NCBI GenBank assembly: GCA_041946805.1
Contig: JBHGBC010000010.1
Span: forward strand, 14,763-78,762
Reading direction: 5' to 3'
DNA from: a bacterium
GTDB lineage: Bacteria > Hinthialibacterota > Hinthialibacteria > Hinthialibacterales > Hinthialibacteraceae
Length of the DNA: 64,000 bases
The notes below the pieces were generated by a model. That model did not search any database. It was given only the letters and a program-made list of their open reading frames with translations, and was not told the DNA's origin. Both the position numbers and the translations under genes were made by a program. Of this stretch, positions 8,456-18,844 are shown piece by piece (position 1 is the first letter of the stretch; each line of letters starts with the position of its first letter).

Positions 8456-10690
8456 ATGGCAATCATGCAAAAGCCGGAAGCCCAATTGATCAAGTCTCTG
8501 CGGCGGCTGGGCGTTCACGATCAAGCCTGTCTGATTTATCAGGACACGCACGAACAACTGGCCACGGTCATACCGTTTCTCCAGGTCGGTTTGGAGCGGG
8601 GGGAACAGTGCGTCTATCTCACGGACGAAAATTCTCCCGACACCATAATCAACGAGCTGCGGGGCAGTGAGATCGACATCGGCCGTAGTCTGGTTTCCCA
8701 GTCGATTCTCATCACCCGGATCGATACGTTTCTGACCCAGGGCGGCGGCGTCCGCCCCGGGGCGGATTCCATCCTGCGCCACGTTTCGGATGTGTTCGGC
8801 CAGACGGTCGAAACCGCCAAAAGCAAGGGATTTTCCGCGGTGCGGTTCGCCATCGAAATGACCTGGATTCTGAACCGCGATTACGGAGTCATGCGCATCC
8901 GGGAGACCATCGCCCATCTTCTGCATTTCCTCGCCACGCATGACGCGCTGGGTTTGGCTCAATACCACCGGAACAAGTTCGATCCGGAAATCATTTTGGA
9001 TGTCATCTACACGCACCCCATCGTGATCACGAACGGTTGGGTGTGCCAGAATTTCTACCTGATCCCCCCGGGGGATTTCGTGGCCCCCGATCCCGTTTCG
9101 CGGGAAGTGGACCGCGTCTTGAAGAACCTCTGCGACCAGCAGCGGATTCTGGAAAATCTTCTCAAAAGCGAGGAAAAATACCGGTTGCTCCTGGAGCGGC
9201 AGACCGATCTGGTCTGCGGTTTCAATCCCGACGGCACGCTGACCTTTGTCAACAGAGCTTATTGCGATTATTTCAAGAGGAAAAAAGACGATCTCATCGG
9301 GGCGAATTTCATGACATTTATTCCCGATGAGGACCGGCGCCGATTACGCGAGCATCTCAGCCGGTTCAGTCCCGCCAATCCCATTCAGACCATTCAGCAC
9401 ACCACCGTCCTGCCGGACGGCCAAGTCCGCTGGCAGCATTGGATCGACCAGGCGATTTTCGACCGGGACGGAATGCTCATCGAATTCCAGTCCGTCGGCC
9501 GGGATATCACCGAACGCAAGCAGGCGGAAGAGGCGCTGCAAGAAAGCGAAACCAAGTACCGCACCCTGTTCGAATCCTCCAACGACGCCATCTTTCTCAT
9601 CCAGGACGGCCGTTTCGTGGATTGCAACTCGCGGGCGGAGGAATTGTTCAACCAGCCGCGGAAAGCCATCCTGGGCCAAACCCCTGCGGCGTTTTCGCCT
9701 CCGGTCCAACAGGATGGCGCGTCCTCGCACGAACTCTCTCACCAATATTTGCAGAACGCCCTGAATAACATCCCTCAATTTTTTGAATGGCGGCATGTGC
9801 GCCCCGATAACACCAGTTTCGATGTGGAAGTCAATCTGAAACGCATCCAGTTCCACGGGCAAGACTTCATCCAAGCCATTGTCCGGGATATTACCGAACG
9901 CAAACGCAATGAAGAGGTTCGGAACCGCCTGCAATCCCAACTGCTTCACGCCCAGAAATTCGAAAGCCTCGGAGTGCTCGCGGGGGGCATCGCCCACGAT
10001 TTCAACAACCTCCTGACCACCATCCTCGGCAACGCCGGCATGATCATGCGCAGCCTGCCCGCCGACTCGCCGGTCCGCAAGTACGCCAAGGATATCGAAA
10101 CCGCCTCGCTCCGCGCCTCCGAACTCACCAGCCAGCTCCTGGCGTACGCGGGGAAGGGCCGGTTCGTCCTGAAACCGCTTCATATGTCCAGCCTGATCCA
10201 AGACATGGTTCACTTGATCGAGATTTCGGTGACGCGCCATGTGACATTGCAGTACAACCTGGCCTCGCTTCTCCCCGCCATCCGCGCTGACGCCGGCCTG
10301 ATCCGGCAAGTCGTGGTGAGCCTGGTGACCAATGCCTCCGAGGCGACCGGCGAAAAGGGCGGCCGGATCCGGATCCGCACCGGCGTTTTCCATTCCACGA
10401 ACGAAAACCGCTCCAAGATCTTTCTGGGCGAGGATTTAACCGACGGGGAGTACGTCTTTTTGGAAGTCGCCGACACCGGATGCGGCATGGACGCGGAAAC
10501 CCAGGCGAAGATTTTCGATCCGTTTTTCTCGACCAAGTTTACGGGACGCGGCCTGGGACTGGCGGCAGTGCTGGGAATCGTTCGCGGACACGGAGGTTCG
10601 ATTCAGGTCCAAAGCCAGCCCGGCGAGGGATCCCGCTTCACGATCCTGTTCCCCGCCGCCGGAGAGGCGCGCGCCATGGAGTCCGGGTGA
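8456..10690 (+). CDS. Cytoplasmic MEDS-PAS-PAS histidine kinase
   Basis: MEDS-like N-terminus (HDQACLIY...GLERGEQCVY...ILDVIYTHP...NFYLIPP), two PAS/PAC units (RDITERK), H-box AHDFNNLL, FDPFFSTK, GRGLGL; start codon uncertain (8435/8456/8465). Confidence 0.9.
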   Translation: MAIMQKPEAQLIKSLRRLGVHDQACLIYQDTHEQLATVIPFLQVGLERGEQCVYLTDENSPDTIINELRGSEIDIGRSLVSQSILITRIDTFLTQGGGVRPGADSILRHVSDVFGQTVETAKSKGFSAVRFAIEMTWILNRDYGVMRIRETIAHLLHFLATHDALGLAQYHRNKFDPEIILDVIYTHPIVITNGWVCQNFYLIPPGDFVAPDPVSREVDRVLKNLCDQQRILENLLKSEEKYRLLLERQTDLVCGFNPDGTLTFVNRAYCDYFKRKKDDLIGANFMTFIPDEDRRRLREHLSRFSPANPIQTIQHTTVLPDGQVRWQHWIDQAIFDRDGMLIEFQSVGRDITERKQAEEALQESETKYRTLFESSNDAIFLIQDGRFVDCNSRAEELFNQPRKAILGQTPAAFSPPVQQDGASSHELSHQYLQNALNNIPQFFEWRHVRPDNTSFDVEVNLKRIQFHGQDFIQAIVRDITERKRNEEVRNRLQSQLLHAQKFESLGVLAGGIAHDFNNLLTTILGNAGMIMRSLPADSPVRKYAKDIETASLRASELTSQLLAYAGKGRFVLKPLHMSSLIQDMVHLIEISVTRHVTLQYNLASLLPAIRADAGLIRQVVVSLVTNASEATGEKGGRIRIRTGVFHSTNENRSKIFLGEDLTDGEYVFLEVADTGCGMDAETQAKIFDPFFSTKFTGRGLGLAAVLGIVRGHGGSIQVQSQPGEGSRFTILFPAAGEARAMESG

Positions 10691-10862
10691 TGCCCCGTCC
10701 ACCCGGAATAATTAGACCAGTCCACCTGGAATAATCCCGCCGAGGTTTTTCCCGCCCCTGATTGCCAATCTCCGGGATTTGCTTTATCATGAACCACCGA
10801 TCCAGAACCAAGAGGGCAGCTTAACCACCCCGCTTGGAGCCACCTTGATGGAGGTCTTCACC

Positions 10863-11915
10863 ATGTATTCTTCCAATCGTCGAACGTTTCTCAAATCCGC
10901 CCTGGCCGGGGGGATGGCCGCTGCCTGGGGTATGCCGGGCGCCCGTTCCGCCATGGGCGCTTCTGAATCCGCGGCGGGACCGGGCGCCAGCCGCGTCGCG
11001 CTCATGGCCGGCGGCAACCGCATGGAAAACATTATCAACGCCTTGAAGCCTTTCGCCGGCGAGATCAAGACGGCGATCGGCAACCGTCCCGTGGTGATCA
11101 AGCCCAACAACGTTTCCATCACCACGCCGTTGTGCGCCTCCCATGCCGATTGCCTGGCCGGCATCCTGGAGTTTCTACAATCCATCGGCAAGACCGATAA
11201 AGTCTGCATCGCCGAATCGGCGGCCAGCGGCCCCACTTTTGAAGGCTTCGATAATTACGGCTATTTCGAGCTGAAGAAGAAATACACGGTGGACTTCGTG
11301 GACCTGGATGAACAGCCCGTCGATACCGTGTATACGGTCAGCGACGAGGATTTTCACCCGCACGCGGTCCGCATGTCGCGCCTGCTGCTCGATCCCGAAA
11401 CGTTCGTCATTTCCTCCGCCGTCATGAAGACTCACGACCGCGTGGTGGCCACGCTATCGCTCAAGAACATCGTGTTCGGCGCGCCGATCAAGGACAAGGG
11501 ATTCCGCTGGGGGCCGGGCAGCACGCGCGGGGCCCGGAATGACAAGCCCATCAATCACGGCGGCGGATACAAGGGCGTGAATTACAGCCTCTTCGCCAAC
11601 GCGCCCCGCCTGCATCCCGATTTGGCGGTGATTGACGGTTTCGAGGGCATGGAAGGCAACGGGCCGGTCGGAGGCACACCGGTCGATCACAAAGTGGCGG
11701 TGGCCAGCCTGGACTGGCTCGCCGCGGACCGCACGGCCGTGGAATTGATGGGCATCGACTTCGGCAACATCGGCTACCTGAACTATTGCGCCCAGGCGGG
11801 TATGGGGCAGGCCGATCTGAGCAAGATCGAAATCATCGGCGAACGCGTTCAGGACCATGTGAAGAAATACAAACTGCATGACGATTTCGAAAAGCAGTTG
11901 ATCTGGAAAGCGTAA
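10863..11915 (+). CDS. Tat-exported DUF362-domain protein
   Basis: GGAGGT RBS; NRRTFLK Tat motif; VVIKPN, MKTH, TLSLKN, IDGFEGMEGNGP, LAADR. Confidence 0.88.
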   Translation: MYSSNRRTFLKSALAGGMAAAWGMPGARSAMGASESAAGPGASRVALMAGGNRMENIINALKPFAGEIKTAIGNRPVVIKPNNVSITTPLCASHADCLAGILEFLQSIGKTDKVCIAESAASGPTFEGFDNYGYFELKKKYTVDFVDLDEQPVDTVYTVSDEDFHPHAVRMSRLLLDPETFVISSAVMKTHDRVVATLSLKNIVFGAPIKDKGFRWGPGSTRGARNDKPINHGGGYKGVNYSLFANAPRLHPDLAVIDGFEGMEGNGPVGGTPVDHKVAVASLDWLAADRTAVELMGIDFGNIGYLNYCAQAGMGQADLSKIEIIGERVQDHVKKYKLHDDFEKQLIWKA

Positions 11916-12038
11916 CGGGAACCGGTTTGGGTGAGGATGTTTTGCCTCATTAGGTTCCGAGGAGTTTTTCCGAGGCAGATCATATAAATGGATTAATCGA
12001 TTGTCCGAAACGCCAATTTGGCGCCCTTTCCGGACTTT

Positions 12039-12150
12039 CCCTCACCCTGGCCCTCTCCCAGAGGGAGAGGGGATTCTGGATGGTTCTCTCTCACCCGTCG
12101 AATCGATGTCCGGCCAGGCTGCCGGAAAAATGGGCGCATTGATCCGATCA
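12039..12150. mobile_element. REP-containing element type C, copy 1
   Basis: CCCTCACCCTGGCCCTCTCCCAGAGGGAGAGGGGA plus about 75 bp shared with 17238-17338 (CGTCGwATCGATGTCCGGCCA...CGGAAAAA). Confidence 0.65.
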
Positions 12151-12173
12151 ACCAAAATACGGATAACTAAAAC

Positions 12174-12210
12174 AAAAAGGGGCACGTGGAAATGTGCCCC
12201 TCACTTTTTT
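12174..12210. terminator. Probable bidirectional intrinsic terminator
   Basis: A-tract, AGGGGCAC/GTGCCCCT stem, then T-tract, between convergent genes. Confidence 0.6.
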
Positions 12211-12263
12211 GTGCCTCTCAATTTTTGTGTCTGCAATGAATCTTCTGCCGAATTCCGAGGTAT

Positions 12264-13418
12264 TTACTTGAACGGAATGATGCGGATGTCGTCCCAATAG
12301 GTGTCCATTTGGATGCCGGCGTGGATTTGAAACGCGAAGATGCCCTTCAACCGCGTGGGATCGCTGTGTTCCACGGTTTTCTTGCCGTTGATGAACAATT
12401 CCACCTTGGGACCGATGGCGGTGATTTCGTACGTATTCCAGCCTTCCCAGTCAATGATCTGGCTGGCGTCGAACGACGGCTTGGCGGTCACTCCTTTTTC
12501 GCTTTGGTCATACAGATGGCCGTTGATCCAGTCGCTGCCCGAGGCCAGGTCGGCCTGGAAGCCGTGCACCATGCCCATCTCTTCCGATTCCACCAGCCAA
12601 CTGCGGAACTGAATCCCCGAGTTGCCGGTGGCCATCTTGAAGCGCGTGGAGAAATGGAAATCGCTGTACTCCTGATCGGAGATCAGCCAACCGTATTTGC
12701 CGCCTTTGGATTTGCCATGAATCACGCCCTCCTCCACCGCCCAGGCGGCGTCCCCCACGGGCTTCCAATGGGTCAGGTCCTGGCCGTTGAACAGGGAAAC
12801 CCAGTCCTGATGATTTGGAATCTCCAGGATCCGGATATCGCTCCACTGCATGGCGCCGCCTTCGCCCGGAGCCATCTGTAAAGCGATCAGACCGGTTTTC
12901 TCACCCTTGGGATCCTTGGCATCCACCGTTTGAATTCCATTGACGTAGATTTGGATGTGATCCCCGATGGCGGATATTTCATAGGTGTTCCACTGCCCCT
13001 TTTTGAACACGGCGTCGGCCTTCACCTTGGTTTCCATGATCAATCCCCGGGCGTTTTCTTCCAGCAACGAACCGGTAGCCGTGGGACGGCTGGGATCGAG
13101 ATTGCATTGGTAGCCGATCATCTTGTCCCCCTCCAGCCGGCTGCGGATCTGGAGACCGCTGTTGCCGCCCTTCCATTGGAAGCGGGCCTGCACCACGAAA
13201 TCCGAATAGGTTCCGTCGGCGATCAGCCAGCCCATTTCCTTGCCCGTGGCTTTCACGTGCATGACGCCATCCGCCGCTTTCCATTCCTGGTCCCCGGCCG
13301 TTTTCCAGCCATCCAGATTTTGCCCGTTGAACAGCGATTTCCAACCGTCCGCCATGGCCCCCGGCGTCAGCGTCACCAGAACCAGCGCGATCCACGCTCC
13401 CCAGCGAAGTTGTTTCAT
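12264..13418 (-). CDS. Secreted tandem DUF1080 (3-keto-glycoside hydrolase family) protein
   Basis: Signal peptide; two repeats of SLFNGxxL..W, GNSGxQxRS, GYQ/GFQ, WNTYEI, G.IALQ/FAFQIH. Confidence 0.9.
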   Translation of the reverse strand: MKQLRWGAWIALVLVTLTPGAMADGWKSLFNGQNLDGWKTAGDQEWKAADGVMHVKATGKEMGWLIADGTYSDFVVQARFQWKGGNSGLQIRSRLEGDKMIGYQCNLDPSRPTATGSLLEENARGLIMETKVKADAVFKKGQWNTYEISAIGDHIQIYVNGIQTVDAKDPKGEKTGLIALQMAPGEGGAMQWSDIRILEIPNHQDWVSLFNGQDLTHWKPVGDAAWAVEEGVIHGKSKGGKYGWLISDQEYSDFHFSTRFKMATGNSGIQFRSWLVESEEMGMVHGFQADLASGSDWINGHLYDQSEKGVTAKPSFDASQIIDWEGWNTYEITAIGPKVELFINGKKTVEHSDPTRLKGIFAFQIHAGIQMDTYWDDIRIIPFK

Positions 13419-13730
13419 GGTTTCTCTCCCTTGATTGGATTGAGTGGGTCTTGGGATACGATGCGCGGCCCACGGCCTGAAATCATACTATGGCCCGCGG
13501 CCTTTTTTCAATCTATACCGGCCGGGAAAGCCGGATAACGTTCGGGAGAAACATTGACACTGCCCCGCGATCGGGTGAATGATAATCGGATGGAACGTCC
13601 CGTGATTGATCCGGGGAAAGCGTTCCATGTGGAACAGTCAAATCCTTTACATGGCCCGGCGGATAGTTGAAACTGAAATCAAGCGAACCGGGATCCCGGA
13701 TAGATCCGTAACCGAGGGGAGAGGAATCGT

Positions 13731-15011
13731 ATGTCCAAAAAAATATCCCGCAGAACCTTCATCGGCTCGGCCGCCCGCGCCACGGGAACGGCCGCGTTGG
13801 CGTTGCCGGTGATCGCCAAGAACCTGTACGCCCAAGGGCGCGCCGCCGCCAACGACCAGATCACCATCGGCTGCATCGGCGTCGGCGGCATGGGCACGGG
13901 CAACATGAGCGTCCTTCTGGGCATTCCCCAGACTCGCGTGCTCGCTGCCTGCGACGTGTATGAGCCCCACCGCGAGCGCGCCAAGAACCGGGTGGATGAC
14001 ACATACGGCAACCAGGATTGTGATACCTATAACGATTTCCGCGAATTGCTCGACCGCGACGACATCCACGCCGTGCTCATCGCCACGCCCGATCACTGGC
14101 ATACCCGGATCGCCATTTCCGCCTGCGAGGCGGGGAAGGATATCTATTGCCAAAAGCCCTTGACCCTCACCATCAACGAAGGGAAAGCCCTGGTCAAGGC
14201 CGTCCGGAAATACGGGCGGATATTCCAGGTCGGCAGCCAGCAGCGGTCGGAAAGCAACTTCCGTTTCGCGTGCGAACTGGTCCGCAGCGGGCGCATCGGG
14301 AAGATCCACACCGTCAAGGTCTTTTTGCCCAACGGTTCCGACGGCCCCTGGGAACCAGACAGCGACCCGCCCGAGGGATTGGACTGGGACCTGTATCTTG
14401 GCCCCGCGCCCAAGGTCCCATATAACAAACGCCGCTTTCTGTGGGATTTCCGGTGGTTCTTCGATTATTCCGGCGGCCAGATGACCGATTGGGGCGCGCA
14501 CCATTTTGACATCGCCCAGTGGGGGCTGGGGCGGGACCTGAGCGGCCCCGTCTCCGTGGAGGGAACCGGCACGCTGCCCCGCGACGGAATCTTCGAAACC
14601 TATACGAGTTTCAATTGCACCTATTATTACGACGACGGGATCAAGATGATCGCCACCAATCCGGAACACGGAACCCGCTTTGAAGGCTCCGACGGCTGGG
14701 TCCATGTGTGGCGGGGCGGCATGGAGACCGAACCCAAATCCCTCATGCACGAAACCTTGGGATCTAACGATGTTCATCTGTATGAAAGCCCGGGACATGA
14801 ACAGGATTGGGTCAACTGCGTTCTGACACGCAAAAAACCAATTTGCGACGTGGAAATCGGCCATCGCTCGGTCACTTGCGCCCATCTGGGCAATATCGCT
14901 CTGCGCCTGGGACGCAAGCTGCAATGGGATCCGGTACGTGAAGAATTCGTCAACGATCCCGAGGCCAACCGGTGGCTGAGCCGCCCGTATCGCGCGCCAT
15001 GGTACTTGTAA
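13731..15011 (+). CDS. Tat-exported Gfo/Idh/MocA oxidoreductase
   Basis: SRRTFI; GVGGMG; TPDHWH; QKP; GSQQRS; paralog of 6536-7888. Confidence 0.93.
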   Translation: MSKKISRRTFIGSAARATGTAALALPVIAKNLYAQGRAAANDQITIGCIGVGGMGTGNMSVLLGIPQTRVLAACDVYEPHRERAKNRVDDTYGNQDCDTYNDFRELLDRDDIHAVLIATPDHWHTRIAISACEAGKDIYCQKPLTLTINEGKALVKAVRKYGRIFQVGSQQRSESNFRFACELVRSGRIGKIHTVKVFLPNGSDGPWEPDSDPPEGLDWDLYLGPAPKVPYNKRRFLWDFRWFFDYSGGQMTDWGAHHFDIAQWGLGRDLSGPVSVEGTGTLPRDGIFETYTSFNCTYYYDDGIKMIATNPEHGTRFEGSDGWVHVWRGGMETEPKSLMHETLGSNDVHLYESPGHEQDWVNCVLTRKKPICDVEIGHRSVTCAHLGNIALRLGRKLQWDPVREEFVNDPEANRWLSRPYRAPWYL

Positions 15012-15037
15012 GTTCCTTATTATATAGGAGATATTCC

Positions 15038-17113
15038 ATGAGACTTAAACAACTTTCGATATTGATCCTTTTGGCCTCGATACTGGGGTGTCCCGTTCTT
15101 TCCCGCAGTCAAAGCATGGAGATTCTACTCGATCAGTTGGCGGCGCATGACGCCACACTCCGCCAGCAGGCTTTCGATCAATTGTTGCTGCTGGGGCCCT
15201 CCGCGCTGCCCGGACTCATTCAGCAAATCGGCAAATCCACTCCCACCGGGGAAAAATGGGCCCGGCGCACCGTGGAAGCCATGGTCAACCAGTCCACCAG
15301 CCCGGGTTCGGAACGTGAACGCGCCGTCGTGGAAAAAGAACTGCTGCTCATCCTGCTGGGCAATCTCGCGCCCGAACAGGCCAAGTTCACCCTGATGATG
15401 CTTTCCCGCATCGGCGGGGAGGCTTCCGTGGAGCCGGTGGCCATCTTTTTGAACCGTCCACCCGTGCGGGAAATGGCCTTGTACGCCTTGGAGCGCATAC
15501 CGGGCCATGCGTCCACCCGGGCCTTGATCGAAGCGGCCAACTCCGCCATGGAGCCGGCCTGGAAAGCGGCGATCATCAAATCGCTGGGAGCGCGGCATGA
15601 CGCCGAGGCGGCGGATACCGTTCTGCGGGCGCTGCGGGATGAAAACAACGCGGTCCGCATGGCCGCCATCGCCGCGGCCGGCCGTATACCGGAACCCAAG
15701 TGTTTCTCCGCATTGAAGCGTTTCTTTAAGGAGGGCTTCGGCCCGGAAAGGGACACCGCGGCCGCGTCGCTCCTCGTTCTGGCCGATCTCCTGGCCCAGC
15801 GCGGCCTGGCGGAAGACGCGCAGGAGGCTTACAAGCTGGTGTGTACAAACACCTCGGTTTCTCACTTGCGGTGTGCGGGTTATTACGGTCTCGTGCAAAC
15901 GGCGGGGAAACGGGCCTGGCCCTTCCTCATGGTGGCCGTCCGGGATAAGGATCCCCAGGTCCGGAGCGCGGCCCGCGATCTGCTCGCCGCACTGCCCGGC
16001 GAGGACATCACCCGCGCGGTGGTCCAAGCGGTGGGAAACTCGCGGGGCGCCATCCGGCTCGAGTTTCTGACACTGATCGAGCAGCGTCCGGAAACCGTGG
16101 TTCCGGAAGCCGCGCCGGTCTTGGCGGAATGCCTTCAAGACAGCGATCCCCGGGTGCAAAAGTCCGCGGCCGCGATTCTGGCCCGGCTGCCCGGCAACGA
16201 GACATCCACGCTGCTGCTCTCCGATTTGATACAGGCGGCCCCCGCTCAGAAGGCCCAGATGCTCCGGGTGCTGGGATCCCGGAAAAGCGAGGAAGCCGTC
16301 CAGGCGTTGATGGACTCCGCACGGGATCCGAATCCCGAGCTGCGCATGGCGGCCCTGACGGCGCTGGGCGACATGGGTTACGCGGGCGCGGCCCCGGTGT
16401 TGCAGGAAGCCTTGGCGGACAGCAATCCCCGGATCGTCAACGCCGCCGCGCAAGCCGTGCCGAAAATCTCTCCGTCCTTGCAGCAGCAGGGAAATACGCG
16501 CACGGCCATCAACTTATGCCTGCAGGCGGCCCGCGCAACCCGGGATCCGGACATCATTCAGGAGCTGGCCGGATACTTGAAATCCGTCGAGGCGGCCGGA
16601 CCGTTGAGCGACCTGACACGGGGCTTCGGTTTCGTGACGGACTGGTGGATTGTAGGGCCGCTGGCCGGACGGGAAAGTCTCAGGCAAGACGATGTGCTCC
16701 CGGCGAACCAACCGGTCAATCCCCAACGGCCTGTTACCGTTGAAGGCAATACCCTCAAATGGAAAAAGGCCGTATTGGACAATCCCACCGGAAGGCTGAA
16801 TATAGGCACTATCGTGGGGCAGCGGGATGATGCCGGGGCGTATCTCTTCGCCACGGTGCAGACCAACCAAGACGGCGAGGCGGTATTCAATATCGGCAGC
16901 GACGATGATGTGGTCTGCTGGTTGAATGGAACCGAGGTCCACCGGTTCATTGGAGACCGCGGATGGAGCCTTGACCAGGATAAAATCCCGGTGCAGCTGA
17001 AACGGGGAAACAATCACGTCCTGCTCAAGGTGCTCAACGCGGGCGGCGGGTGGGAAGTCAGTCTGCGGATCACGGACAAGGAAGGCCATCCGTTGCGGTT
17101 TAGCCAGCCTTGA
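15038..17113 (+). CDS. Secreted HEAT-repeat protein with C-terminal beta-sandwich (PA14-like) domain
   Basis: AGGAG RBS before ATG 15038; signal peptide; HEAT repeats (LRDENNAVRMAAIAA, LQDSDPRVQKSAA); C-terminal WWIVGP...GSDDDVVCWLNG...LKRGNNHVLLKV. Confidence 0.85.
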   Translation: MRLKQLSILILLASILGCPVLSRSQSMEILLDQLAAHDATLRQQAFDQLLLLGPSALPGLIQQIGKSTPTGEKWARRTVEAMVNQSTSPGSERERAVVEKELLLILLGNLAPEQAKFTLMMLSRIGGEASVEPVAIFLNRPPVREMALYALERIPGHASTRALIEAANSAMEPAWKAAIIKSLGARHDAEAADTVLRALRDENNAVRMAAIAAAGRIPEPKCFSALKRFFKEGFGPERDTAAASLLVLADLLAQRGLAEDAQEAYKLVCTNTSVSHLRCAGYYGLVQTAGKRAWPFLMVAVRDKDPQVRSAARDLLAALPGEDITRAVVQAVGNSRGAIRLEFLTLIEQRPETVVPEAAPVLAECLQDSDPRVQKSAAAILARLPGNETSTLLLSDLIQAAPAQKAQMLRVLGSRKSEEAVQALMDSARDPNPELRMAALTALGDMGYAGAAPVLQEALADSNPRIVNAAAQAVPKISPSLQQQGNTRTAINLCLQAARATRDPDIIQELAGYLKSVEAAGPLSDLTRGFGFVTDWWIVGPLAGRESLRQDDVLPANQPVNPQRPVTVEGNTLKWKKAVLDNPTGRLNIGTIVGQRDDAGAYLFATVQTNQDGEAVFNIGSDDDVVCWLNGTEVHRFIGDRGWSLDQDKIPVQLKRGNNHVLLKVLNAGGGWEVSLRITDKEGHPLRFSQP

Positions 17114-17237
17114 TTGGGAATCGGCTGCGGTGGGAAAAAAGGGCGTTGGAAGGTGTCCGGCGCCCTTGGTTGTTTCGCGTGTGAAAAACGTGGGGATCCG
17201 TGACCGATGGAATGGAACCAAAACGGAAAGGCATTCG

Positions 17238-17338
17238 CCCTCTCCCAGAGAGAGAGGGGATTGCGGGTAGCTCTCTCGCACTCGTCGTATCGATGTCCGG
17301 CCACACGTTCGGAAAAAAGAAACACGCTTATCGGATGA
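17238..17338. mobile_element. REP-containing element type C, copy 2
   Basis: Colinear with 12050-12150; ends in the shared terminus ...TCGGATGAAC. Confidence 0.65.
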
Positions 17339-17378
17339 ACCTTTTTGATTGCAGACTGGGGCGCAGTAAAATCACCTG

Positions 17379-17402
17379 CTGGATCCCCGCTTTCGCGGGG
17401 AT
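17379..17402. repeat. CTGGATCCCCGC-TTTC-GCGGGGAT palindrome family
   Basis: Related copies at 21276-21302, 40424-40447 and 52378-52403. Confidence 0.7.
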
Positions 17403-17532
17403 ATCACAGAAAAACCAAGGATGGTGGTTCAGCCTTTCCGCGGAGTACGGGAGGTAACTGTTCCCGGACGATTCATCCACAACAAGACGATACAATACCG
17501 CAGTGCGTCCCAGCAAATCGATGAGGTAATCC

Positions 17533-18789
17533 ATGAACAGCAAAGAACGAGTGTTGGCTTCGCTGCAGCACCGGGAGCCGGACCGTGTCCCGGTTGATTT
17601 CGGCACGACCGGAACCACCAGCCTGCACGTGACCTGCGTGGCCGCCCTGCGCGATTACTACGGCCTGGAAAAGCGCCCGGTGAAGGTCCATGAACCGCAC
17701 CAGATGCTCGGCTGGATGGACGAGGATTTGAAGCAGGCGGTCGGCGTGGATGTCGACGCTCCGTTCCCGTCCGGCACGATCTTCGGATTCCGCAACGAAG
17801 ATTGGAAATCCTGGCGGTGGTGGAACGGGCTGGAAGTGCTGGTGCCCGGGAAATTCAACACCACTCCGAACGAAGCCGGCGGCATCTATCAGTATCCTCA
17901 AGGTGACACCACCGCGCCGCCCAGCGGCAACATGCCCAAGGACGGATTCTACTTCGACGCCATCATCCGGCAGGAACCGATCCAGGAGGACGCGCTCGAT
18001 CCCGGCGACAACCTGGAGGAATACGGCCTCCTTTCCGGGCGCGAGGTCCAGGAAACCGCCGCCGCCATCGCGGACGCCGCGGTCCATGGCCGGGCGGTCA
18101 TCGCCAAGTTCGGCGGGACTTCATTCGGTGACATCGCCCGCGTGCCCGGCCTCAACCTGAAGCGCCCCAAGGGCATCCGCGACATCACGGAGTGGTACGT
18201 GTCCATCGCGTCCCGGCCGGATTACATCCACGCTGTCTTTTCCAAGCAACTCGAATACGCGCTGCAAAACCTGGAGAAATTGCGCGCGGCCATCGGGGAC
18301 CGGTTGGACGTGATCTTTGTCTGCGGGACCGACTTTGGCACGCAAACCTCCACCTTCTGTTCGGTCCGCACCTACAAAAACCTTTTCATGCCTTACTACA
18401 AGGCCATCAACGAATGGATCCACGCGAACACCCGGTGGAAGACCTTCAAACACTCGTGCGGGGCGGTGGAGAAGTTCATGGACGCGTTCATCGAATCGGG
18501 CTTCGACATCATCAATCCCGTGCAATGGTCCGCCGCGGGCATGGACCCCCGGCATCTCAAGAAAACCTATGGAGACCGGCTGGTCTTTTGGGGCGGGGGA
18601 GTGGACACCCAGCGGGTGTTGCCGTTCGGCACGCCGGGGGAAGTGCGGGAACAGGTCTTGCGGCAATGCGAAATCTTCGCGCCCGGCGGGGGGTTCGTGT
18701 TCAACACCGTGCACAATCTCCAGGCCAACACCCCTGTGGAAAATATCGTGGCGATGTTCGAGGCCGTTAAGGAATTCAATGGGAGATGA
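17533..18789 (+). CDS. UroD/MtaA-CmuA family protein (probable corrinoid-dependent methyltransferase)
   Basis: SKERVLASLQHREPDRVPVD, DFGTQ, HSCG, INPVQ, FWGGGVDTQ, GGFVFNTVHN. Confidence 0.88.
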   Translation: MNSKERVLASLQHREPDRVPVDFGTTGTTSLHVTCVAALRDYYGLEKRPVKVHEPHQMLGWMDEDLKQAVGVDVDAPFPSGTIFGFRNEDWKSWRWWNGLEVLVPGKFNTTPNEAGGIYQYPQGDTTAPPSGNMPKDGFYFDAIIRQEPIQEDALDPGDNLEEYGLLSGREVQETAAAIADAAVHGRAVIAKFGGTSFGDIARVPGLNLKRPKGIRDITEWYVSIASRPDYIHAVFSKQLEYALQNLEKLRAAIGDRLDVIFVCGTDFGTQTSTFCSVRTYKNLFMPYYKAINEWIHANTRWKTFKHSCGAVEKFMDAFIESGFDIINPVQWSAAGMDPRHLKKTYGDRLVFWGGGVDTQRVLPFGTPGEVREQVLRQCEIFAPGGGFVFNTVHNLQANTPVENIVAMFEAVKEFNGR

Positions 18790-18844
18790 TTTCAAGGAAG
18801 ACCATTGTCTGTCATTTAAAGCCGCATGGCGGTTACGCGCGCCG

